64,000 nucleotides of DNA from an uncultured bacterium (GCA_903882905.1 CAIRYW010000004.1:49117-113116), one strand, 5' to 3'; counted from the stretch's first letter, positions 40,544 through 51,733 are shown. The notes: generated by a model not told the origin, from the letters alone. Numbers and translations: made by a program.

Positions 40544-40796
40544 TCATACATAACTGTTATCTAACTGATGAGCAGTATACTTTCTCCCTGTTCTTTGCCT
40601 GTTTATCAAGGGAATAAGTTGTAGTTCTATAATGTAATGGGTAAGTTGAAACATAACAAAAGATAAACATTTCGTTGCTAAATATATGTGCTTTTTCATA
40701 CTATTACTACCGATTCAAAGCCGTTAAAAACGGCATTCCATTTAATAACCATATTTTCTATAGTGTTCCATTCCAGACCCTCTGAGCCCACAAATA

Positions 40797-40825
40797 CTAA
40801 AAAACACCACATTTGTGGTGTTTTT
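40797..40825. terminator. perfect hairpin with flanking A- and T-runs
   Basis: aaaaaACACCACAttTGTGGTGTttttt. The NYN ORF-track start codon (atgtggtgt) lies inside this hairpin. Confidence 0.6.
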
Positions 40826-41526
40826 TAGTATTTGTGGACGACACAGGTTTTGAAATTAGTATTTGTATTGATACAATTAACGTAAATATATTAGAAGCTA
40901 AGATCGGAAATTTAGTGAACAAGAGTGAGATTAAAGAATTTATCGACTCCTTTGTTGGAGCTCAATCAAGAACAATTATTATTGTTGATTTTGGTAATGT
41001 TGATAAATGGAAAGAAAGTTTAGGATGGAAAATAGGTATTCAGGAACTGGCAAGATTAATTAAAAATTTTTCTATAGGTAATCGAGAACTAAGAAGATTT
41101 TATTACGGTGTAGATTATGGTCCATATGAAAAAAATAAAACTCCAACTATTTGGTCTGCACAAATGATTCATCGTGCAGAAGAAAATGGATTAAAATCAG
41201 TCACTAAAAGAGTTAAATATATTCATAATTCAAACAATTCAATGGGCTATGATAAAAAATGTGATCTTGATGTTGATATGGCTATTGACTTGGTAAAAAT
41301 GAAGGACAGTTATGATAATGTGATTTTATTTTCTGGTGATGGTGATCTTATCTGCGCAACAAATTATCTTAAACAAGAATTCAGTAAAAAGATTTACGTA
41401 TTTAGTGCAAGAGGTCATATTGGGCGTGAAGTAATAGATGCTTCAAAAGAAAAACTTGTGGACTTGATTTTGTACATTGAGGATTTTGAGTACAGGCTCA
41501 ATATGGACAGATTTAGATATAAATAA
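40813..41526 (+). CDS. NYN-domain (LabA/PIN-like) putative ribonuclease
   Basis: RTIIIVDFGNV ... CDLDVDMAIDLVKM ... DNVILFSGDGDLICATNYLKQE are NYN/LabA-like signatures. The 5' end is uncertain because the listed ATG lies within a terminator hairpin. A downstream GTG/TTG start shortly before RTIIIVDFGNV is plausible. Confidence 0.65.
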   Translation: MWCFLVFVDDTGFEISICIDTINVNILEAKIGNLVNKSEIKEFIDSFVGAQSRTIIIVDFGNVDKWKESLGWKIGIQELARLIKNFSIGNRELRRFYYGVDYGPYEKNKTPTIWSAQMIHRAEENGLKSVTKRVKYIHNSNNSMGYDKKCDLDVDMAIDLVKMKDSYDNVILFSGDGDLICATNYLKQEFSKKIYVFSARGHIGREVIDASKEKLVDLILYIEDFEYRLNMDRFRYK

Positions 41527-41533
41527 TTCAAAA

Positions 41534-41556
41534 GCCCCGCTTTTGGCGGGGCTTTG
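41534..41556. terminator. Rho-independent terminator between convergent NYN and ddl genes
   Basis: aaaaGCCCCGCttttgGCGGGGCttt. Confidence 0.7.
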
Positions 41557-41645
41557 ATTAAAATCCGGTGCAAGTTTTACCTTACATAAATACATTACAC
41601 CACATTATGATGTAAGTCAAAAGACTTGTGTGGATAAATTTAATG

Positions 41646-42617
41646 CTATTTTCCAGACAAAGCCAATTCAATAAGGTGTTCTAGAAGTTCAGCATATGAT
41701 GATCCAACTGCCTTAATTTCCTTCGGTAAAAGTGAAGCCTCTGTTAGTCCTGGCAATGTATTTATTTCAAGGATAAAAATTCCTCTTCGTGGAGTGACAA
41801 TAAAATCAGACCTTGAATAATGTCTTGCGCCAACGGCTTGATGTGCAATTGCAGCCATTTTTTGGATTTGTTCACTTTCTTCTCTAGAAAAATTTCCAGG
41901 GCAAATTTCATCAGCTCCTTCGTCACTGCTATATTTTGATTCATAGTCAAAAAAAGCTTGGTGTTTTTTTGGAACTATTTCTACTGGCAAAAGTGAATAA
42001 ATATCTTTACCGCGAAAACTATCCAAAACACCGCAAGTTCCCTCTTTACCTTTTATGAATTCCTCGATAATAACTTCGTCATCACTTTCAAAACCTTTTT
42101 TTAATCCAGCGTCAATTTCTGCAATTGAATAAACTTTTGAAGTTCCAACAGATGAACCACCTTTAACTGGTTTTATAACTGACGGCTGAGGAAATGTTCT
42201 AAAAATTTCTCCGGCCAGTCCTGGGTGGTAATCACTTTTTTTGTAAATTTTGTGGTGAGCAATTTTTAATCCATTTTGCTTGAAAAAATCTTTTGAGAGG
42301 GCCTTGTTCATTCCAATAGCTGACGCTAAAGATTTTGAACCAGTAAACGGAATTCCAATTTGCTCCAAAAGTTTTTGAACTGTTCCATCCTCGCCGTATT
42401 GTCCGTGCATTGCATTAAAAACAACATCAGCGATTTTGTGTATGTCTTGTGGCTTAATTGGCGCACCTTTAATATGCCAAACACCATCATGATCAATGTA
42501 AACATCAATCACTTCATATTTTGATGGTAAATTTTTTATGACACTAGCACCAGTTTTTAAAGAAACTTCGTGCTCAGTGGAGGGACCTCCTCTTAGAACT
42601 GCAACTCTTTTTTTCAT
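41646..42617 (-). CDS. ddl: D-alanine--D-alanine ligase
   Basis: 323 aa. ATP-grasp. N-terminal VAVLRGGPSTEHEVSLKTG. C-terminal EINTLPGLTEASLLPK. Confidence 0.9.
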   Translation of the reverse strand: MKKRVAVLRGGPSTEHEVSLKTGASVIKNLPSKYEVIDVYIDHDGVWHIKGAPIKPQDIHKIADVVFNAMHGQYGEDGTVQKLLEQIGIPFTGSKSLASAIGMNKALSKDFFKQNGLKIAHHKIYKKSDYHPGLAGEIFRTFPQPSVIKPVKGGSSVGTSKVYSIAEIDAGLKKGFESDDEVIIEEFIKGKEGTCGVLDSFRGKDIYSLLPVEIVPKKHQAFFDYESKYSSDEGADEICPGNFSREESEQIQKMAAIAHQAVGARHYSRSDFIVTPRRGIFILEINTLPGLTEASLLPKEIKAVGSSYAELLEHLIELALSGK

Positions 42618-42682
42618 ATTGTTATTTTATACCTTTTATTCTAAAAAAACTATTGCAAAAAACTTACTTAGAGGCCGGGTCT

Positions 42683-43936
42683 CTAAGTAAGGAACTGTTT
42701 TCTTCTTTTTTTTCTATGTGCAGTAATTGCAAAACGATGAGCCTCTGCATTGCTAGCTAAAATTTCCTTTTTGTATTTTGAGGCAATAATTTTATCTCCC
42801 AAAATTTCTCTGGCCTTGTGATTCTCGTCTTTTACAACAGATACAACAGGAATAGTAAGATTGGCCTCATTTAGGATTTTCCTAGCTAAATTGAGCTGAT
42901 TTTGACCTCCGTCGATGACAAAAAGGCTTGGGTAAGGCCATTCTTTATGGTTTAGACGTCTAGTTAGGACTTCCTTTAGCGCTCCGACGTCGTCACTTTT
43001 AACGGCTGTTTTGATATTAAATTTCCTATATAAATCCTTGTTAATTATTCCATTTTCCAAAACCACCATCACACCGATAGTTGAATCACCAGCAAGGTGT
43101 GCGATGTCGTAAGATTCGATTTTAAATTCACTATTCGCAAGGACCGTCCTTGAATCTTCAAAAAGGTCGGTCCTTGGATCCATTTTAATTAATGATATGT
43201 CGTGAATATGATTTAAGGCGTAAATAGTATTTCGCAACTTCCCTGCTTTTTCAAAATTTTTGATTTTTGCTTCAGCTAACATTTCTTTCTTAAGTAAACT
43301 TGAAAGAACTTTTATTTTCCCAGATAATAAAAGTTCCAGTTTTTTAATTTCTTTAACGTAATCTTTTTTTGAAATCGCTCCAATACATGTTCCGGGGCAC
43401 AATCCAATTTGGTAATTAAAACAAGGTTTTGCTCCAATTTTACATTTGCTATCTCTATAAGGAATAATTTTTCGAATAATTTTTAGAGCCTCTTTAAGCT
43501 GTGCTCCGTTTGTGTAAGGACCGAAAATAGCTTTTAGCTTGTAGCTATTAGCTTCTAGCTTTTGAAAATTGATTTCTTTTTTCCGAATAATCAAAACTCT
43601 AGGAAAATCTTCTTTTGTAATTACAATGCAATTAAAACTTTTATCGTCTTTTTCTTTCGTGTTATAAATCGGGTGAAATTTTTTTATTAAATCAGCCTCA
43701 AGCAAAAGCGCCTCAAGTACCGAGTCTGTTTTTGTAAAATCCAAATACTTTGCTTCACTAATCATTTTTACCAAGAGAGGTCCTCTTGTTCCAATTAGAT
43801 CTTTTGAAAAATAACTCTTTGTTCTATCACGCAAAGATGTTGCCTTTCCAATATAAATAGGCTTTTTATTCTTGTCTAAAAAGAAATAAACTCCTGGTGA
43901 ATCTGGTAATTTTTTAGTCTTTAAATTAATTAGCAT
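42683..43936 (-). CDS. uvrC: excinuclease ABC subunit C, short form (GIY-YIG plus RNase-H-like endonuclease domain, no C-terminal HhH)
   Basis: 417 aa. N-terminal GIY-YIG (PGVYFFLDKNKKPIYIGKATSLRDR). C-terminal ESYDIAHLAGDSTIGVMVV corresponds to the UvrC 3'-incision domain (DISHxxG). Length is about 200 aa shorter than canonical UvrC. Confidence 0.8.
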   Translation of the reverse strand: MLINLKTKKLPDSPGVYFFLDKNKKPIYIGKATSLRDRTKSYFSKDLIGTRGPLLVKMISEAKYLDFTKTDSVLEALLLEADLIKKFHPIYNTKEKDDKSFNCIVITKEDFPRVLIIRKKEINFQKLEANSYKLKAIFGPYTNGAQLKEALKIIRKIIPYRDSKCKIGAKPCFNYQIGLCPGTCIGAISKKDYVKEIKKLELLLSGKIKVLSSLLKKEMLAEAKIKNFEKAGKLRNTIYALNHIHDISLIKMDPRTDLFEDSRTVLANSEFKIESYDIAHLAGDSTIGVMVVLENGIINKDLYRKFNIKTAVKSDDVGALKEVLTRRLNHKEWPYPSLFVIDGGQNQLNLARKILNEANLTIPVVSVVKDENHKAREILGDKIIASKYKKEILASNAEAHRFAITAHRKKRRKQFLT

Positions 43937-43989
43937 GTTTTATTATACTAAGCTTTTATTGTAATTTTATCTACCCAGGTATATTATTT

Positions 43990-44230
43990 GTGATGAATTA
44001 TGAATACGAAAACCAACGCTGATCGGACGTTGTCCTGTCTGCTCCTTCCTGGACCACAGAGTGGTCAGAATAGCGATTCGGCAGATCCGAAGCCAGAAAC
44101 AACCAAACGAGTGCCTCCGGCCGAAAGTCTCTGGAGCCGCTACGGAGAACCAGCAAAAGAAAGCCTTCTCAGGCTTCTCAATTGTCCGCTTTCTGGATGA
44201 CAACAACCCCTCCCCGCCTTCGGGGATTTT
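43990..44230 (+). ncRNA. candidate structured RNA (unclassified; riboswitch-like leader or small RNA) ending in an intrinsic terminator
   Basis: About 240-nt block of about 55% GC within about 33% GC DNA. Local hairpins (GGACCACagaGTGGTC; AGCCTtctcAGGCT). Ends with TCCCCgccttcGGGGA plus tttttt-a-ttttt (44201..44230). Only junk P/G/R-rich ORFs on either strand. A 98-aa membrane-protein gene starts about 100 nt downstream on the same strand. Confidence 0.35.
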
Positions 44231-44332
44231 TTATTTTTATACCTGTGCATAAACTACCCAAGGACCGACCTATGGTACTTTATCCACAGGTATACGACTA
44301 AGGGTAATTCTAATTTATTGACATACTGACAA

Positions 44333-44629
44333 ATGAAAGGTACTGTAATTCAGGCCAATCTATATATGATAAAAAAAATCCTCATCTGGGCAGTAAAATT
44401 TATTGCCGTCGCGTTCTTTCTTTTCTTGTTCCTACTCGGACTGTCCGCTGGTATCTCTGAGGTATCGCACCTACTTGGGTTGCCGGTCGAAATACGATAC
44501 ACGATGACAGTTCTAACCTTTGGCTTTGCCATCGTTTTCCTTTTGTACGTCTTCCTCTGGTGTATTACAAGGGGCAACAAAGGAGTGACGTGGACAAGTA
44601 AAAGTTCTGGAAACGGAAGTAGAACGTAG
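44333..44629 (+). CDS. small integral membrane protein, hypothetical
   Basis: 98 aa with 2-3 TM segments. Followed by a terminator at 44639..44665 (ATGCCCgcctttgGGGCAT plus T9) that also faces the end of uvrA. Confidence 0.45.
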   Translation: MKGTVIQANLYMIKKILIWAVKFIAVAFFLFLFLLGLSAGISEVSHLLGLPVEIRYTMTVLTFGFAIVFLLYVFLWCITRGNKGVTWTSKSSGNGSRT

Positions 44630-44672
44630 CTTCACACCATGCCCGCCTTTGGGGCATTTTTTTTTGCAAATC

Positions 44673-47303
44673 TTATAATATTTTTTTCAAATACTGTCCG
44701 GTGTAGGATTTTGAATTGTTTGCAACTTGCTCAGGAGTTCCCTTTGCCACAATTTCACCACCACCAACACCTCCATCTGGTCCAATATCTATAATAAAAT
44801 CTGACGACTTAATGACATCCATATTATGTTCAATTACAAGAACAGTATTTCCGTGCGATACAAGTCTTTCTAGAATTTCAATTAATTTTTTTACATCTTC
44901 GTAATGAAGTCCAATAGTTGGTTCATCTAGTAGATAAATTGTTTTTTCCTTGTGAGCCCTATAAAGTTCTGATGAAATTTTTACTCTTTGCGCTTCACCA
45001 CCAGAAAGAGTCGTTGCTGATTGACCAAGCTGTAAATACGAAAGACCTACTTCATCCAAAACCTTCAACCTATCATAAAGTGCAGGAATATCTTCAAAGA
45101 AATTTAATGCCTCTTCAATTGTCATTTTCAAAATATCGTAAATACTTTTCTTTTTGTATTTGATTTCTAGTGTCTCTTTCATAAATCTTTTGCCGTTGCA
45201 AATATCACATGTTACATAAACAGTCGGCAAAAAATGCATTTCAACTTCAATCATCCCATTTCCTTGGCAGGTCTCGCATCTTCCACCTTTTACGTTGAAT
45301 GAAAAACGTGATGCACTCCATCCACGCATTTTTGCTTCAGGACTGGCTGCAAATAAATCACGTACGAATGTCCAAGCTCCTGTGTAAGTTGCTGGATTTG
45401 AGCGAGGTGTTCTGCCTATTGGAGATTGATCAATTAAAATTGTTCTAGATACGTATTCAGAACCAGAAAATGAAGTTGCATTGTAGGTTTCTGCTGTTCT
45501 ATGCCTTCTCTCCAATCTTGCTAAAAGATTTTTGTATAGGATTTCATAAACAAAAGATGATTTTCCAGAACCCGAAACTCCGGTAACAGAAATTAATCTT
45601 CCAAGTGGAATTTCAATATTTAAATTTTTTATATTGTAAATTTTTCCACCAGCAATTTTTATTGAGCCTTTATTTTCTGTTCGTCTTTTTTCTGGAACCT
45701 CGATGCTTTTTTCCTCTCGTAAATATGCAAGAGTTGAAGAGTCAGAATCATTTTTCTTAGCAGTTAGAAGATTATCTAAATATCCAGAGACAACCACATT
45801 TCCTCCATGTACACCTGCCCCAGGACCAATATCAACAATGAAATCAGAAGAAAACATTGTCTCTTCATCATGCTCGACTACAAGAATAGTATTTCCCAAA
45901 TCACGTAGATTTAACAAGGTTTTTATTAGCTTTTCATTGTCCTTTTGATGAAGTCCAATAGTTGGTTCATCTAAAACATATAATGCGCCTACAAGTGAAC
46001 TTCCAAGCTGTGTGGCCAATCGAATTCTTTGTGCTTCGCCACCAGAAAGAGTTCCAGCTCGTCTATCTAGTGAAAGATATTCAATCCCGACGTTTATCAT
46101 AAAATCTAAGCGAGCTAGAATTTCTTTTATTATTACTTTTGAAATTTCTTTTTCTTTTGGTGTGAGAGAAATTTTTGTAAAAAAATCTTTTGCTTCTTTA
46201 ATTGAGAGATTTGTCAGTTCAACAATATTCTTCTTTACATCGCCACTTTTTGAATTTACTTTGTCATAAAGAAAAACATTCAAAGCTTCATCGCGCAAAC
46301 GTGCTCCATGACATTTTTCACACGCTTCCTTAACAAAAAAATCTCTTGTTCCAAGACCGTTACATTCTGTACACGCTCCGTATGGCGAGTTAAAAGAAAA
46401 AAGTCTAGGTTCAATTTCTGGATATGAAAAACCATCGTAAGGGCACATAAATTTTGATGAAATAAGCTTAGATTCATTTGGCATGACAATTCTTAACAGC
46501 CCGTTTGATTCAGTCAAACCTCTTTCGATTGATTCACTAAGGCGCTCCAAAAAACCTTTAGATCTCTCTTTTAGCTCAGATAAATAAAATTCATCAACAA
46601 GAACATCAATATCGTGTTTTTTGTTTTTTGAGAGTTCCACTCGCTCTCTTAGACTTACTTCCTTTCCGTCAATTAATGCTTTTTCAAAACCTTTGCCCAG
46701 CATATCGTAAAGCATTTGATAGTATTCACCTTTTCTTCCAACAACTATCGGAGAAAATATTTTAAACTTGGCAGAACTGACTGATACACCCATGACTTTT
46801 TTTGCAGTTTTCTCATCGCCAACAGATTCAACTGTCTCAATAATAGTTTCCAAAATTTCTTCTTTAGAAAGTTTTTTTATTTCTCTACCGCAAACTAGAC
46901 AATGTGGTTTTCCAATGCGCGCGAAAAGAATTCTCAAGTAGTCATAAATTTCAGTAATAGTTGCAACGGTTGAGCGTGGATTATTTGAACGTGATTTTTG
47001 ATCAATAGAAATAGCAGGCGAAAGACCTGTTATCTCATCAACATCAGGCTTATCCATTTGTTTCAAAAATTGTCTGGCGTAAGCAGAAAGTGACTCAATA
47101 TAACGCCTTTGCCCTTCAGCAAAAATTGTATCAAAGGCAAAAGAAGATTTTCCAGAACCGGAAAGACCAGTAACAGCAATCAGCTTATTTCGAGGCATTT
47201 CTACGTTAATATTTTTCAAATTATGGGTACGCGCCCCTTTTACAACGATTTTCTCTATATCGTCTGGAAGTTTTGCTATATATTTATTTTTTTCTTTTTC
47301 CAT
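44673..47303 (-). CDS. uvrA: excinuclease ABC subunit A
   Basis: 876 aa. Two ABC ATPase modules (GLSGSGKSS..., GVSGSGKSS...). Zinc-finger Cys clusters. LSGGEAQR signature motifs. Confidence 0.95.
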   Translation of the reverse strand: MEKEKNKYIAKLPDDIEKIVVKGARTHNLKNINVEMPRNKLIAVTGLSGSGKSSFAFDTIFAEGQRRYIESLSAYARQFLKQMDKPDVDEITGLSPAISIDQKSRSNNPRSTVATITEIYDYLRILFARIGKPHCLVCGREIKKLSKEEILETIIETVESVGDEKTAKKVMGVSVSSAKFKIFSPIVVGRKGEYYQMLYDMLGKGFEKALIDGKEVSLRERVELSKNKKHDIDVLVDEFYLSELKERSKGFLERLSESIERGLTESNGLLRIVMPNESKLISSKFMCPYDGFSYPEIEPRLFSFNSPYGACTECNGLGTRDFFVKEACEKCHGARLRDEALNVFLYDKVNSKSGDVKKNIVELTNLSIKEAKDFFTKISLTPKEKEISKVIIKEILARLDFMINVGIEYLSLDRRAGTLSGGEAQRIRLATQLGSSLVGALYVLDEPTIGLHQKDNEKLIKTLLNLRDLGNTILVVEHDEETMFSSDFIVDIGPGAGVHGGNVVVSGYLDNLLTAKKNDSDSSTLAYLREEKSIEVPEKRRTENKGSIKIAGGKIYNIKNLNIEIPLGRLISVTGVSGSGKSSFVYEILYKNLLARLERRHRTAETYNATSFSGSEYVSRTILIDQSPIGRTPRSNPATYTGAWTFVRDLFAASPEAKMRGWSASRFSFNVKGGRCETCQGNGMIEVEMHFLPTVYVTCDICNGKRFMKETLEIKYKKKSIYDILKMTIEEALNFFEDIPALYDRLKVLDEVGLSYLQLGQSATTLSGGEAQRVKISSELYRAHKEKTIYLLDEPTIGLHYEDVKKLIEILERLVSHGNTVLVIEHNMDVIKSSDFIIDIGPDGGVGGGEIVAKGTPEQVANNSKSYTGQYLKKIL

Positions 47304-47339
47304 TTTTTGTTTTTGAACAGCAAAATAAGACCCCGATCG

Positions 47340-47668
47340 GGCCGTAGGGTAACAGTATAGCAGAATTATCCCCTAGACAAAAGGATTTTTATATGCAAAA
47401 TGTAGATGTTCTTTAACTTATGAAAAAAAACCTGATACAGGTCCATTCACGACCCACGATGAGGCAAAGAGAAATGGGTGGTTTTCTCGGCGCCACGAGA
47501 CCAATACACAGCACAATAAGGTGCGCGAATCACGCCGACAAAAAAAAGCTCGGCAAGGAAAATTGGACAATGAATCCGCAACCTCGTCCCGGCATTTTCG
47601 TGCAGGGGGCAGCTGGTGGGATTAACCCACTTTGAAAAAGATGGGGTGTAGCATCGTAAGATGCTATT
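47340..47668 (+). ncRNA. candidate structured RNA (unclassified) between uvrB and uvrA
   Basis: About 320-nt GC-rich island. Hairpins (CCCGATCGGG palindrome at the 5' edge; GTGGGattaaCCCAC). 3' end is a perfect TAGCATCgtaaGATGCTA plus T9 terminator on the plus strand (47649..47675) that overlaps the uvrB stop codon. The strand assignment is tentative: a weaker hairpin plus T-run on the minus strand exists at 47325..47345. Confidence 0.3.
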
Positions 47669-49700
47669 TTTTTTTGCCTTTAATAATCAGTTCAGGAAAT
47701 TTTTTATAAATTTCTTTTATTTCATCACGAAGAATTGCTGCAGTTTCGAAATCTAGTTCTTTGACGGCTTTTTCCATTTCTTTTTCAATTGATTTGATAA
47801 ATTCTCTTGGATTTTTCTCGATCATTTTTTTACCAATCAAGATTTCTGCACCAACGGTTTTGTCATGCTCAGATTGCATCATATCTGTAATGTCCTGAAT
47901 TTTTTTAATAATCGTCATCGGCGTAATTTTGTTTTTTGTATTGTGAGCAGTTTGAATAGCTCTTCTTCTCTCAGTTTCTGAGATAGCTTTTTTCATCGCG
48001 TCAGTCTCTTTATCTGCATAAAGAATCACCCTACCTTCTGTATTTCGAGCAGCTCTACCAATAATCTGAATAAGAGAAGTTTCTGATCTCAAAAATCCTT
48101 GTTTATCAGCATCAAATATTCCGATAAGTGATACTTCAGGTAAATCCAAGCCTTCTCGAAGAAGATTCACTCCAATAAGCACATCAAACTTCCCTTTTCT
48201 AAAGTCAGTCAAAATCGTTATACGATCGATAGTTAGGATTTCACTGTGTAGATATTCAGCCTTAATATTTTGCTCTTTTAAATATTCAGATAAATCTTCG
48301 GCCATTTTTTTGGTCAAAGTTGTACCAATTGCTCTAAAACCTTTTTTAATTTCTTTTTTTGCTTCTTCTATAAAATCTTTTATTTGCCCACTGTAATTTT
48401 TTCCACTAGTAATTTTTTTAATTTCAACTTTTGGATCAATTAATCCAGTTGGTCGAATAACTTGCTCAACTGTTTGAGAGCTATTTTCTTTTTCAAACAC
48501 AGCCGGAGTAGCAGATGTAAAAATAACTTGTCCAACTCTTTCTTCAAACTCATTAAATTTGAGTGGTCTGTTGTCCTTTGCAGATGGAAGTCTGAAACCG
48601 TAATCAACTAAAGTATTTTTTCTTGAGGCATCCCCAGCATACATTCCACCAATCTGTGGCACCGTTACGTGTGATTCATCAATTATAGTTAGAAAATCTG
48701 GCTTTCCATCCTTGGTTTTAGGAAAATATGAAAGCAGTGTATCTGGAGCTTCACCTGGCAATTTACCAGAAAAATGTCTTGAGTAATTTTCTATTCCATT
48801 GCAATATCCAACTTCGCGAATTAGAGCTAGGTCATAATTTGTGCGTCTTTTGATTCTTTCAGCTTCAAGTGGCTTTTTTTCTTTTTCAAAAACTTTTAGC
48901 TGATCTGCCAACTCACTTTTGATTGTTTTGACAGCCCTGTCCCTTTCTTCTTTTCCAGTAACAAAGTGCTTCGCCGGAAAAAGGAAAAAAGTTTTTACAT
49001 CTTCAAGGATATTTCTTGTAATTGCATCAACTTTCGAAATTTTAGAAATTTTTTCCTCTTGAAAATCAATTTTAAAAATAATTTTTTCATTTACAGGCAT
49101 TATTTCAACAGTGTTTCCTAATGCTCTGAAAAGACCAGGAGTAAGATCTGCGTTTGTTCTATCAAAATAAATTGCTATAAGTTTACGTGCTAAATCGTTT
49201 CTTGAAATTTTATCTTCAACAGAAATTTTTAAATTTACTTTTTCGTATTCCTCAGGCGAACCCAAACCATAAATACAAGAAACTGAAGCAACAATAATGA
49301 CGTCTTTTCTTGTTAAAAGGGCCTGCGTTGTGGCGTGACGAAGTCTCTCTATCTCAGTATTAATCTGAGCCTCTTTCTCAATATAAGTATCGCTAACCGG
49401 CATATATGCTTCGGGCTGATAGTAATCATAATAAGATACAAAATAATGCACTGCATTTTCCGGGAAAAATTCTCTATACTCTTGAGCAAGTTGAGCTGCA
49501 AGAGTTTTGTTGTGAGCAATTACGAGAGTTGGCTTGCCAATCTGCTGTATGACATTTGCAGCGGTAAAAGTCTTACCAGAGCCTGTAACACCCAAAAGAG
49601 TTTGAAATCTTTGTCCCTTTTTTACACCCTTAACAAGAGCCTCAATTGCTTTTGGTTGGTCTCCTGCCGGAGAGTATTTTGATGTTAATTTGAAAGCCAC
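47664..49700 (-). CDS. uvrB: excinuclease ABC subunit B
   Basis: ORF-track start 49874 adds a GC-rich, Pro/Gly-rich N-terminal extension that is unlike protein. A GTG at 49700, preceded by GGTGGGG, gives MAFKLTSKYSPAGDQPKAIEAL, the canonical UvrB N-terminus. Helicase motifs GVTGSGKT and DESH. Beta-hairpin and UvrC-binding C-terminus. Confidence 0.9.
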   Translation of the reverse strand: MAFKLTSKYSPAGDQPKAIEALVKGVKKGQRFQTLLGVTGSGKTFTAANVIQQIGKPTLVIAHNKTLAAQLAQEYREFFPENAVHYFVSYYDYYQPEAYMPVSDTYIEKEAQINTEIERLRHATTQALLTRKDVIIVASVSCIYGLGSPEEYEKVNLKISVEDKISRNDLARKLIAIYFDRTNADLTPGLFRALGNTVEIMPVNEKIIFKIDFQEEKISKISKVDAITRNILEDVKTFFLFPAKHFVTGKEERDRAVKTIKSELADQLKVFEKEKKPLEAERIKRRTNYDLALIREVGYCNGIENYSRHFSGKLPGEAPDTLLSYFPKTKDGKPDFLTIIDESHVTVPQIGGMYAGDASRKNTLVDYGFRLPSAKDNRPLKFNEFEERVGQVIFTSATPAVFEKENSSQTVEQVIRPTGLIDPKVEIKKITSGKNYSGQIKDFIEEAKKEIKKGFRAIGTTLTKKMAEDLSEYLKEQNIKAEYLHSEILTIDRITILTDFRKGKFDVLIGVNLLREGLDLPEVSLIGIFDADKQGFLRSETSLIQIIGRAARNTEGRVILYADKETDAMKKAISETERRRAIQTAHNTKNKITPMTIIKKIQDITDMMQSEHDKTVGAEILIGKKMIEKNPREFIKSIEKEMEKAVKELDFETAAILRDEIKEIYKKFPELIIKGKKK

Positions 49701-49940
49701 CCCACCACTATACAAAAAAAATACGCCCTTCGCTATCGAAGCTAGGCGTACGCCTTTAAATAATCGCCGGCACTGTGCAGAGGATTGTGCCCCAAGGCCG
49801 AGAATCAAACCGCCTTCCGTAGGTGAGTTCAGGTACCTCGACAATTTTGGGCCTTTTTGTTGGGTCAAGACCACCAGAATCGATATCTGGACGAGTAAAG
49901 AACTGGTGAACCGACGCTCCTGGATCTGGATTGTGTTTCA
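49701..49940 (-). promoter_or_regulatory. GC-rich structured leader upstream of uvrB, ending in a terminator/attenuator-like hairpin plus U-run immediately before the uvrB RBS
   Basis: Minus-strand reading: ...GGCACaatcctctgcacaGTGCC...aaaGGCGTACGCCtagCTTCGatagCGAAGGGCGTAtttttttt GTATAGTGGTGGGGTGgctttc(uvrB). Nested GC hairpins followed by T8, then SD-like GGTGGGG and the GTG start. Overlapping ORFs on both strands are P/G/R-rich and not protein-like. Confidence 0.3.
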
Positions 49941-50006
49941 TGTGGTTATTGGTTTAATAAAATTATACTCCAAATTATTTTTATGCAAATAGGTAGACAA
50001 ACTGAA

Positions 50007-51733
<1,727 letters not shown>

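Noticed and set aside
43967-44252. ORFs of 79, 66 and 63 aa inside the first GC-rich island
   Set aside because: Pro/Gly/Arg/Ser-rich translations typical of GC-rich non-coding sequence read in frame. No start-site context. Region interpreted as structured RNA.
47420-47635. 71-aa ORF in the uvrB-uvrA intergenic GC-rich island, and the tmRNA / RNase P hypotheses for that island
   Set aside because: The ORF has a junk-like composition. I looked for the tmRNA tag-peptide reading frame ending ...AA-stop and the tRNA-like 3' end, and for the RNase P P4 motifs (GGAAAGUCCGG / ACAGAA-CCGGCUUA). None are present, so no class is assigned.
47300-49960. LexA/SOS boxes (CTGT-N8-ACAG or GAAC-N4-GTTC) upstream of uvrA/uvrB
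   Set aside because: Only non-palindromic GAAC...GAAC / GTTC...GTTC strings were seen. No convincing operator. The LexA motif for this lineage is unknown to me.
49690-49992. 100-aa (+) and 61-aa (-) ORFs upstream of uvrB, and the ORF-track uvrB start at 49874
   Set aside because: Both small ORFs and the N-terminal uvrB extension lie in the GC-rich leader and translate to P/G/R-rich sequence. A GTG at 49700 with a strong SD yields the canonical UvrB N-terminus, so the extension is rejected.
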